DNA from: Macrostomum lignano
Lineage: Eukaryota
Reading direction: 5' to 3'
NCBI GenBank assembly: GCA_002269645.1
Contig: NIVC01002134.1
Coordinates: 1 to 31,052, forward strand
Length of the DNA stretch: 31,052 bases
In this document: in pieces, positions 17,971 through 29,900 of the stretch
Layout: the number at the start of each line of letters is the position of its first letter
How positions within the stretch are numbered: position 1 is the stretch's first letter
Notes under the pieces: generated by a model
What the model was told of the DNA's origin: nothing
Databases searched by the model: none
What the model saw: the letters and a program-made list of their open reading frames with translations, nothing else
Program-made: the position numbers and the translations under genes

Positions 17971-20900
17971 TCACTTCACCTCGAAGACGCTATTGTTGGA
18001 GTTCCCGCCGCACTTCTCGCCCGGGTTGCCGCCGCAAGCCACGTTGCAGTTGGCATTGGCGGTGTCGCCGCTGTTTCCATACTGATTGCCGCAGCCGCAG
18101 ATTTTGCCGTTCTTGACGCCGAAGTAGGAAAACTTCTTGGCCTTGCAGATTTTATTGCACTTCCACACAGTCATGCGGTTGGACACCATGGCGACGGTGA
18201 AGTCCGGATACTCCGGGTCGTCCAGGTAACAGCCGAGGAATCCTTTAATGATCGAATGGGCGATGTATGTAAAGGTTCGATACAACTACTTATAGTAGTA
18301 GCTGTGCGGTAACAACGTCTTTCTATATTGCTGGCAAATGGGTACTTAAATGAGCGTGCATTAAACAATCGTTCAGTCGCCGTACGCCTTCCATATTTGT
18401 CAGTGTACTTTAAAAACTAGCCATTTGCCAGCGATGTCCATTTACGTCAAGTCACATGAAGCAATGATTATCTCGTATAAAAAATTAAATTTTATCGTTA
18501 AGCTATCTAAATTAAACAAACAAAAAACAATCTTACCTGGATGCGGCTTCACACAAATTCGACGAGTAACAGTTCGACAAGGGCATTCTGAAAATTTTAA
18601 GTTGTTTGCAGCCAAAATTGAGGTTTTATTTAGCGCTTCAGTATCTATAATCTTACTCAATGATACTTTATCATCTTGACTTTAGCTCCTTGAAAAGGCT
18701 GGCTTCCGAAGTAGGTAAGGTACATGTGACTGTCTACTTGTGAGTCAAACTTCGATTACCCATTTCGATAAACACCGCTTGAGAAATTTTTCAAGTCGTT
18801 AAAAATGTCTGCTACCTGGTATATTGATAAGTCAAAAGAGTACTCACTTCCTTTCAGCACTCTGGTCAGACCGCCACGGCTTGAGGGGAAGGCACTGAAG
18901 CTTAAATCGCCTCGGACACCTCGTCTGATGAGCTCCATGACCTGGGCGGAGAGTTTCATTAAGTAATTATTTGACTACATAATCTGAAATCAACCCTGCG
19001 GTCTCTCTACAAGCTCATAGAAAATCAATTTTACCTTATTGCTGACTTTGGAGTGAAGCCTAGAAAACTGTCCGTAGGTGACTTTGGCCAACTTAGCAAA
19101 GTTCTTTCCGTTCGTGCCGCACTGCCTGCCGCTGGCTACCGTGAAGAATCGGATTCTCTTGGCCTTCAGCTTGGCCTCCACGGCGCCCATCTTGCGCCTG
19201 TCCTTGGCTGAGGCGTCCGTGAACAGAATCATGACGGAGTTCGGCTCGGCAGCCTCGGCAGCGTCCAGAGCGCCCGACATCGCGAACTCGGGACAGTCGC
19301 CACCTCCTCTGGCCTTCAGCTTGTTGAGGAACCGATAGATCTTCGATGCGCTGGTTGTCTTCATCAGCTTCTTCTTGTAGGGATCGCCGAATGTGGCAAC
19401 GACGAAGTCGTCGAATCGCTTATTGGCAGCGATGATTTTGCGGATGTTGTTCTTCACGGACTTGATGACTCTGCCCATGCTGCCCGTAGTGTCAATGACG
19501 AACACCAGGGAGCCGAGGCTGCGATGGTCTGGCGCCGGCTTGCAAGAGCAGGTGCGGTAGGGCACGAACTTCTCCTTGGTGCCGAGCCGGCAAGCTGAGA
19601 ACGGATAGGATGCCAGATTTGATGCATAAACTATCGACGCTACTTAACTATTCTCGTTTATCTATCTTTATTCCAAACTATAAAATTCCATAAGTTCCCT
19701 AATTCCCTACAATGCTAACCGGTTATGCTTCAAATTCTATAAGAGCTGCTCGTAAGTGTGTTACAAGTATATACACTGTACAATAAATGTTATATCGTAT
19801 GTATCTCTCCTCACTTCCATTCATACAAACGTATATTAGACAGACGGATAATTGAATCCAATGGCGTCGCCATGGATTTTATGGTGGGGGGGGGAGACAA
19901 AGCCAAGAATTTTATTGATACATCTACATGTACGACCTACATGACTAAATTCCTACGTGTACATTATTTTCTGAGTCGGTGTTGCCGGCGCTCCTTTTTA
20001 GCGCCGCAGGCACTCATTTTAGCGCCGCAGGCACTCATTTTGGTACCGCAGAGACTCATTTTAGCGCCGCAGGCACTAATTTTGGCGCCGCAGGCACTAA
20101 TTTTAGCGCCGCAGGCACTCATTTTAGCGCCGCAGGCACTCATTTTAGCGCCGTAGGCACTAATTTTGGCGCCGCAGGCACTAATTTTAGCGCCGCAGGC
20201 ACTCATTTTAGCGCCGCAGGCACTCATTTTAGCGCCGCAGGCACTCATTTTAGCGCCGTAGGCACTTATTTTGGCGCCGCAGGCACTTATTTTGGCACCG
20301 TGCTTTCTCACCCTGCAGCAAAATTATTGATTTCCATACAAGGTTGGGGGGACAAAGCATTGGCATGACCCCCCCCCCCTTATCTTTTACTGGGGGGCAT
20401 GCCCCCCTTGTCCCCCCCGGTGGCGATGCCCCTGCATGAATCTTTTATTTATCAAAAATGCATTCTAAACGTTGCTTTACTGTATTACAGGACTTGCAAG
20501 CTGAAAGAATTACTTTAAAGACGACACGGAAAAACTTTCGAAAAATGGGCAGTGGAAAGAATACTCACTGGACGCTTCCAGCTCAATCCCCGTAGAGTAG
20601 ATGTCGTTTCTCCAGCTATTTCCGCAGTAGTTGGCCTTGTCGCCGGTGCACTGCATCCTGCACTCGATCTGGCTTCTCTTGCCGTGCTTACCGTAGCTGT
20701 TGCCGCACCAGCACTGCTTGGCAAATTGTACACCAAAGTACCTATAGCCGAGTCGTTTGCACTTTAAGCGGCACTTCAGGACAGACATGTCGCCAGTGGC
20801 AGCAAGCTTAGGCAGGTCGCGTTTGCGAGAATCGACAAAGCAGCCCATGTGCTTCATGCCCGGAGCTGGAGTGGGTGAAAGGTTCCGAAAAAATTGAATT

Positions 20901-23900
20901 TTAACCAACGATCGTTTGTATTAAACCACCCGATCTGTAGTAATCTCACCCGATGGCCGCTCAAGCTCAATTCCGGTTGTGAACACTTCGTTTCTGTAGG
21001 CTCCACCGCATTTCGACCTCTTGTCTCCCCGACAGGGTTTGCGACACGAGCTCTTCTTGGCTCGACCGAAAGCTCCGTAGTTATTGCCGCACGTGCAATG
21101 ATTTCCATTCTGCAGACCAAAGTAAACGTAGCCTCGGCTCTTGCAGAATTTCCAGCAGTATGGCTTGCTTGCCTTATGACCGGCATTGTGTACTAAAGGC
21201 AGGTCTCGCTTGGCATTGTCAACAAAACATCCAAGACGTCTGACACCCTTGGCTATAAAAAATGAATGCGTTGAAGATAATTTTCTGTGTTTAATCTCAT
21301 TTTATATGCGATGTCCAGAGGCTTAAAAAACTCAATAAAAATGCACATTTACCAATTGTAGCCACCTCCAAGCCTGTCGTGTAAACATTGTTTCTCCAGC
21401 CTCCTCCGCAGTAAGTGGTCTTGTCGCCGCTGCACTGCATTTTGCACTCGGTGTTCGGTCTGATTCCGAATCGGCCATAGTGATTGCCGCAGAAGCAATG
21501 GTTGGAATATTGCACTCCGAAAAACTTGTACTTGTGCTTTCGACAGAACCTGTAGCACTTGGGCACGCTCATGTGGCCTCTTGGAGCTTCGCGTCTCAGA
21601 TCTCGTTTCGAACTATCGACAAAGCAGCCGAGGTATTTCATTCCCGGCGCTAAACATTGTCAAAAAAATGAAATGAAAATTATATAGTACCAATATATCG
21701 TGAAAAAAGTGTTTTTCGAGCTTTCTTTTACTCAATCACTTACTCGAAGCTTTTCTGGTCTTGAGTCCGGTGCTGTAGACGGAGTTCCTCCACGGTCCGC
21801 CGCACTTCTCTCGCCTGTCGCCCTTGCACGTCATTTTACATTGCTTGTTGCTGACTCGACCCAGAGAGCCGTAGCTATTGCCGCAGGTGCAGTAACTGGC
21901 GTATTGCAAACCGGCGTACTTGTAGCCAGCACGCTTGCACAGCTTGATGCAGTAGTGGCTGTTGGCTTTCACTCCAGCGTTCACCACCTTGGGCAGGTCG
22001 CGGGCTGCGTTGTCAATGAAGCAGCCAAGATAAGCCGAGTCTGTGGACAAAAATCATAGTTGCTGTCGTAAATGATAGCTCGTTTCAGTAATCGATATAA
22101 ATTATAGGCATTGCAACACTAAGTAATCTTACCTTTTGGCCTGGCCGAAAGACCAGTTGTGAAGATGTCGTTTCTCCAGCCTGCACCGCAGTAAGTGGTC
22201 TTGTCGCCGCTGCACTGCATGCGGCACTCGTTCTTGTCGCGAAGACCGTACCGTCCGTAGTGGTTACCGCACCAGCACTGACTTGCGTACTGCACTCCAA
22301 AGAATCTGTACTTGAGCTTTCTGCACAAGTTGTAGCACTTTCCGACAGTCATGCGGCCCTTGCCAGCTAATTTGGGTAGGTCGCGAGCTTTAGAGTCGAC
22401 GAAGCAGCCGAGATGTAGCATTCCTGGTGCTAAAAGAGAGCGATATAGTTCAAAGCTATCATCTGTTTGTTTTTTTACGAGAGTTTGACAAGTACATCAC
22501 CGTGTAATTTCACATTTTGCAAGTTTTTAACAAAGCAGCATTAAATTTGTTCGATGTATGATAAAGTATTGAATAACAACTGCGAGGGTTTAGTTTTTCT
22601 ATATGCCTTAGATACGAGCGTATTTGTAATTTAGTGTTGTGATTTATAAGCTGAGCGTGAAAATAAAGATTGAGAATACATTGGCAGCTCATGCTACAAC
22701 GTAAGAAGAAAGCTAACAATGGCGACGAGGCTTTCCCCACTGGACACACTAGAAGATGGTGAAGATTCGAATAGGTAGATTTGAAGAGTCGAAATTCACT
22801 GCAAATTTCACGACTTCAAGGAGGAAAAGCAGAAAGACGCATTTCTAGCGCTTATTGGCAAGCGCATGTGTAACCTTCTCGCAGATGCAGCCGTGCCAGA
22901 CGATACTGAGAAGAAGTCCTACGATGACATGAAGACCTTGCTGAGTGACAAGATAAAATCACTGAAATCTGTAATCGCCTACCGATACGTATTTCGCAGG
23001 ACAGGGCAGGAGCCCAACGAGGATACCTTGTCGAACAGTCGTAGACTGAATCAACAGGCCGACGACTGCGATTCCAACGACGTCAAGGACCGTCTTCGCG
23101 ACCAGTTTATATTTGAACTTTCGAACAAAGATAAGATATTCTACGCAAGCTATTGGCCGAGAAACGTGCGAGACTAACTCTGGAAAAGGTCACTGCTGTT
23201 GCAACAGCGTGCGCATCTGTGTAAAGAGGTGAGGACATGGCGGACTCAGGCCTATTACAGATGCGCCAGTCAGGGGGAAATCGACCCCGTCACCAGAATT
23301 GGGCAATGAAAGCAGCCTGAAAGAGCCTACCGTTGAGAAGCAAGAAAACAGATATCTTGCTTCTGCTGTGGAAAGCAAGTAAACATGAAGAGGGAATGTC
23401 GAGACAAGCTGCTCAAGTGTGGATATTGTAGAAAAGTGGGACATCTCAAAGCCGTCTGTAAAGCACTAAACCCCCAGACATCTTCGCAAAGATGTAAGCC
23501 CACAAGCGGGTCATTTTCTATCAGACTTATGTTATGCATGGGGAAGTTCGGAACGATGTCGATAAGCAGCTAGGGGACGATGGAGATCAAGTGTTCTTAT
23601 TTCAAGGGTACAGTCAGAGAATCTACAGAAAGTTGCGCATTAACGGGACCGATTTCAAGACGGTTTTCAATACCGGGGCAAATCCAGATGCCTCGCTAAT
23701 TTCTAGAAAACTGTTCGATGGTCTAACAGAGAAAACCGGAAGTCTAATACCGGACAGAAATTTCAACGATTACCAAGGAAGAGTTGTTCCGATATGTGGA
23801 CAGTCGATTGTGAACGTGCAATTTCAAGGCAAGACGGCAGCCTCCCAATATTCATGGTAGACAATCTAAACGCTCCCAGTATCTTTAATGGCCTCGAGTG

Positions 23901-26900
23901 GATGCACGCACTGGAGCCTCATCTGAACATCTTTTAAGTTGCTCAATTTTGAGCGCACCTCACGTTAAAGGATGGTGCTACACCATTGTTTTTTTTAAAC
24001 AACGACTAATACCAGACAGCTACGGCATGTGTGATGCTGTTAAGCTGGAACTGGAACGGTTGGTGGCGGAGAAGATCTTAATGCCCGTGGATCAGAGCGA
24101 ATGGTCTACTCCATTCGTGACTGTAAGAAACCCGAATAGAAAGATTTGTTTGCGTGGGGATTATAAAGTGACAGTAAATAATTGGTTAAACGACATGGTC
24201 TCTACCACACCAAGCAACGAGGACGTCCTAAGCCAGTTGGACGGGGCAATGTTTTTGCCGTCATCGACTTCACCAATGCTTACCTGCAAATTCCGTTGGA
24301 TGAAGCCTCTGCAGTGATACTAACTTTGACAACAATATTCTTTTATTGAGAGAACTGAGACTCAACACTCTTATGTTCTTTTTCTGTATCGAATGGAAAA
24401 CCGATATGAACCTGTAAATTTACCTAAGAGGAGTGCGAGGGTTTAATTTGTCTATGTTCTTTGTCCCAGGCTTTTGTAAAGTAGTGCTGTGTTCTAAAAG
24501 CTGAGCTACAGTCAGAGGACGCCCAAGAACGTTAAAATAAAAGTTGAGCCTACATTAAGCAGCTCATGCTAAAACGTAGGAAAGCTAACAATAACTCACT
24601 ATTAGCCTTCTTGGACCTCAGTCCGGTTGTGAAAATCTCGTTTCTCCAAGTGCCGCCGCACTTTCTTCGTCGGTCGCCTTTGCACACTGCTGAGCATGAC
24701 GACGCCTTTGCTCTACCATATCGACCGTACGTGTTTCCGCATGTACAGTGGTTGCCGAACTGCAGTCCAAAGTACTTGTAACCCTTGCCTCTGCAGTACC
24801 TCCAGCAGAAGGCTTTGTTAGTCTTGTGTCCAGCAGCGTACAGGTGGGGCAAGTCTCGCTTAGCTGTGTCGACGTAGCAGCCGAGCTTGCGAACTCCAGC
24901 TCCTGAAAGGTGGTGTTGCTTTGAATTTTATTCAAAATTCAATGGATGTCAGCACGTGCTCAAATGTCTAGCACTCATCACATTAATAAAAACAGTTTTA
25001 TATTTTATTGATATTATGTACAAATTGAAATTTCAGTGTTGGTAGACTTTTTATTAAAAAATATTTACCTGTGGTAGCCAGCTCCAAGCCGGTAGCGTAC
25101 ACACTGTTTCTCCAGCCTGCACCGCAGTAAGTAGTCTTATCGCCACTGCACTGCATTCTGCACTCCGTGTTCGGTCTGATTCCGAATCGGCCATAGTGAT
25201 TGCCGCAGAAGCAATGGTTGCCATATTGCACTCCGAAGAACTTGTACTTGTGCTTTCGACAGAACCTGTAGCACTTGGGCACACTCATGTGGCCTTTTGG
25301 AGCTTCGCGTCTCAGATCTCTGGTGGCTTTGTCGACGAAGCAGCCGAGGTACTTCAGTCCCGGAGCTGTTAAAAACAACGATATTAATTGGAATTTATCT
25401 CAAAGATCATTTAAAATTAACAATCTAAAAGTTCATTATGTTAGTTTTGTGTAAAAGAAGACTTACTTGACACCTTTCTAGTCTTGAGTCCGGTGCTGTA
25501 GATGGAGTTCCTCCACGGTCCGCCGCACTTCTCTCGCCTGTCGCCCTTGCACGTCATTTTACATTGCTTGTTGCTGACTCGACCCAGAGAGCCGTAGCTA
25601 TTGCCGCAGGTGCAGTAACTGGCGTATTGCAAACCGGCGTACTTGTAGCCAGCACGCTTGCACAGTTTGATGCAGTAGTGGCTGTTGGCCTTCACTCCAG
25701 CGTTCACCACCTTGGGCAGATCGCGGGCTGCGTTGTCAATGAAGCAGCCAAGATAAGCCGAGTCTGTGGACAAAAATCATAGTTGCTGTCGTAAATGATA
25801 GCTCGTTTCAGTAATCGATGTAAATTATAGTCATTGCAACACTAAATAATCTTACCTTTTGGCCTGGCCGAAAGACCAGTTGTGAAGATGTCGTTTCTCC
25901 AGCCTGCACCGCAGTAAGTGGTCTTGTCGCCGCTGCACTGCATGCGGCACTCGTTCTTGTCGCGAAGACCGTACCGTCCGTAGTGGTTACCGCACCAGCA
26001 CTGACTTGCGTACTGCACTCCAAAGAATCTGTACTTGAGCTTTCTGCACAAGTTGTAGCACTTTCCGACAGTCATGCGGCCCTTGCCAGCCAATTTGGGC
26101 AGATCGCGAGCCTTAGCGTCAACAAAGCAACCCAGATGGAGCATGCCAGGTGCTGCAAGTGAATTAACTTATTTAGATTAGCGCGTTCGACTTTTATAGT
26201 ACGCGATGTTGTTTTTACTTTGGTTTAAAATCTTAGTGGGTAAAGCTGGAGAATCTCACTTTTGTATCGTCTGGACCTGAGTCCGGTTGTGAAAATCTCG
26301 TTTCTCCAAGCACCGCCGCACTTTCTTCTCCGATCGCCTTTGCACACGGAGGAGCAGGTAGACGATTTAGCCTTTCCGTACCGACCGTACGTGTTTCCGC
26401 ATGTACAGTGATTGCCAAACTGCAGACCAAAGTACTTGTAGCCCCTATTTTTGCAGTACCTCCAGCAGAAGGCTTTGTTAGTTCTGTGTCCAGCAGCGTA
26501 CAGATGAGGCAGGTCTCGCTTAGCTCTGTCGACGAAGCAACCGAGTTTTCGGACCCCAACGCCTAAATAAAGCATTATAGATAATGCGAGAGCGATGTAA
26601 TTCTCTTTTTCTCTTCGGTCAAAGTATGCGTATGTGTAATTCATTTATGAGAAATATTCCTCCTTACTAGAAGTAGCAAGATCCAGTCCAGTAGTGTAGA
26701 TCATATTTCTCCAGGATGCACCGCAGTAGGCAGTTTTGTCTCCTGTGCACTGCTTTCTGCATTCGATTTGTGAACGCCTACCATAGCGACCGTAGTGATT
26801 GCCGCACCTGCACTCGTTGCCATTCTGAATGCCAAAGAATCGCTTTTTCTTGCCTCTGCAAAGCTTATAGCACTTGGCGGCGCTCATGGAGCCTGAGCCA

Positions 26901-29900
26901 CCCAGCACTGGAAGGTCGCGAGCAGTCTTGTCGATGAAACATCCTAACTTTGTCATGCCCGGCGCTGAAATGAAGTGTTATGAAAATAGAGGTGAGATCA
27001 GGGATAGAATATTGGATTTAGCGACGATGAGTCTAGCTTCTAAGCTAGACTTCTTGACACGAGCTGGTAGAATAGTTGCGGATAGTTGATCTATAATAAA
27101 ACCACATATAAAAGCTTCGTGACCAAGACGTTTTATCATTCAAAAACCCTACCAACTATCTCTCAATTTAGAAGCTTTGATTGGCATAAGATCATCATTC
27201 CCTCTCTTATCTGAAAGAGAAGTTGATGATGATTTTAGGCGCTTGATATTTTGGTGACTCAAAATGAATTAAAAAGCTGAAATATATGGTTTTTTTAATG
27301 CTTTTGAATTCAATTTTCACTGGCTCATATTGAAATATAACTTTAACGACGTTAGCTATTGTCATGAATTTAATGGCAAGCCACATATCTTTTCTTTTGT
27401 GGCGCCGTGACTTAAGTTATTAAGAAAAATCAATCTTACTTGAAGCAAGCGGTCTGCTGACTCCGGTTGTGTAGACGGCGTTTCTCCATGGACCTCCGCA
27501 GTAGGTGCTCTTCTCGCCCTGACAGAGCGATCGGCAGCTCTTCTCTGAAGCGCGACCAAACAGGCCGTACGAGTTGCCGCACGTGCAGTGGTTGCCGTTC
27601 TGCACACCAAAATAGCGATAACCACGTGCTTTGCAGGATTTGTAACAGTAATTGCGGGTAGTCTTTGAACGAGAGTTCAATAGTAAAGGCAGGTCTCGCT
27701 TTTTGTTGTCAACGTAGCAACCAAGATACCTGACTCCTTTAGCTGAAAAGATGTTAAGTACGAGCTATAATCGGTGGTCTATGTTCGACTAAGTTTAGAT
27801 CCATTAGATCCATTACACCAAATGGTACTGCATAAAACGCTTATAAAATAATTTTTCAGATCTTTCCTGTTTTGATAATACACTAATAGACTAATCATTC
27901 AATTCTCGGAAATAGCTTGTTATATGTATGAGATATATATATATATTCTCTTGAGCTTACCCGGAGGCCAGGCTCTCGCTACGACATAGTGTCCAAAGAC
28001 TTGCACTTCGCACAGAGTTAGCGGCACCTTATTTCTAGTCTCAATTCGAACGACCCGTCCAATCAGATGGCACGAGAAAGTTCGCACGGAGAAAGCTGCC
28101 GACGACCGGTACGAGGCGCACTCGCGACCGTCTACCTTCACAACGAAATTATTGAGTCGCTTCGCACAACAGTCCTGTCTGTTGTGAATGGTGATCTCGG
28201 TGATTCTGGCGAGCTTTTTAGTCTTAGCCTGCCACCAGGCGCCTTTGGCAGTTTTAGTGTGGGTGCAGGAGTGCTTGAAGAAGTGCTGGTTAGTGTTACC
28301 GTCAATGGCTCTAATGCAAGGGGCCTTCCATGTTGTGGAGTGCTGCGAGCAGTGAGACAGTGGCAGCTTGGCTGAAAGGATTTTTAAGTATTTTTTACTT
28401 ACTTAGTCTATGAAAATACAAGCGTAATTTAGTATAAAGGAGTTATCATCTTACTTTCTCCCTGATTTCCAAGTCCAGTAGTGTAGACGCTGTTTCTCCA
28501 AGAAGCGCCGCATTTCTGTTTGCTGTCTCCAGAGCACCTCTTGTTGCACTCCGATGCCCTCCTACCTCCGTGTTTCCCATACTCATTGCCGCACCAGCAC
28601 TGGTTGCCGTACTGCAGTCCGAAGTAGGCCATGTTCTTCTGTCTGCAAAGCTGGTAGCACTTCTGAATTCTCATCTTGCCTTTGCCGGCAAGCTTAGGCA
28701 GATCTCTGTTGGCGCTGTCAAGGAAGCAGCCGATGTAGCGAAGCCCTGGCACTGCAATTAAACAGCAAAACATAAAATAAATGGCATAAGTGCAAATAGG
28801 ATGCGATTAGTACAGAGATTACTGGCAGAAAGTCTTACTAATATCGTTCATTGTTAGGCCAGTGGCATAGACGCTGTTCCTCCAGGACGAGCCGCAATAC
28901 GTCGATCCGTCACCTCGGCACCGCATACGGCACTCTTTCTTTGGCCTAACGCCGTACCGTCCGTAAGTGTTGCCGCACCAGCATTGGTTAGAATGTTGCA
29001 CTCCAAAGTACAAGTATTTCTTGGCACGGCACAGCCTATAGCAGACGGGTATCCGCATCGAGCTGCCCCTGCCAGCCAAAACTGGAAGATCTCGGGCCTT
29101 TCGATCGATGTAGCATCCGAGAGATCGAAGTCCTGGTGCTGGAAAAAGTCAAAAATGAAAATATACTCGTATAAGTTGACACAGAATCCAAATTAGTTGG
29201 CATTATAGATAGCATCGCAGAAACCTACTTAGGATTTTTGGAGGAGTTACACCGGTAGCGTAGACGCTGTTTCTCCAAGAGGCTCCGCAATAAGTCGACT
29301 TGTCGCCGCTGCAACGCTTTCTGCACTCAGTGATGCGTCTGACACCGTATCGACCGTAACTATTGCCGCAGAAGCATTGGTTGCCATTTTGAACACCAAA
29401 GTACATGTAGCTCTTGCCTCGACAGAGTTTGTAACACTTTGACACTGTCATGCGACCAGATCCAGCATATTTACGCAAGTCTCTGCTGCCTTTGTCAAGA
29501 AAGCAGCCAAGATGCCTGATACCCGGCACTGAAATCGATTTTCAAATTTTTGAAGCAAATAACACAGTGAAAAAACATCAAATTAAGACAGAATATTTTA
29601 CAACTTGAATTACATTGCCTCGAAGACCTCAGTCCCGTAGAGTAGACAATGTTTCGCCAATTTCCACCGCAAAAAGTTTTGCGATTGCCGCTACAGCGCT
29701 GCTTGCACTGCGACATTGGTTTCGCTCCGTAGCGACCGTAGCTGTTGCCGCACCAGCACTGCTTTGAGTGCTGCACGCCAAAATATGCGTACTTGGCCCG
29801 CTTGCAGAGCTGATAGCACCTCGGCACGGTCATGACGCCCGAGCCCACCAACTTAGGCAGATCGCGGATGGCGTTATCAACAAAGCAGCCAATCTTTCTT

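Noticed and set aside
18657-18700. Possible extra exon between the post-VWA exon and the Cys mini-exon
   Set aside because: All tested acceptor/donor combinations give stops; the phase mismatch is more simply explained by a 1-nt G-run error at 18759-18761 or a weak upstream donor.
19758-20368. Three overlapping ORFs with heptad repeats
   Set aside because: Translations of the 21-bp minisatellite inside a MITE.
11992-27845. Other TATAAGC/GCTTATA occurrences (about 11992, 22645, 26863, 27839)
   Set aside because: Scattered on both strands at about background frequency, outside the element and not upstream of ORFs.
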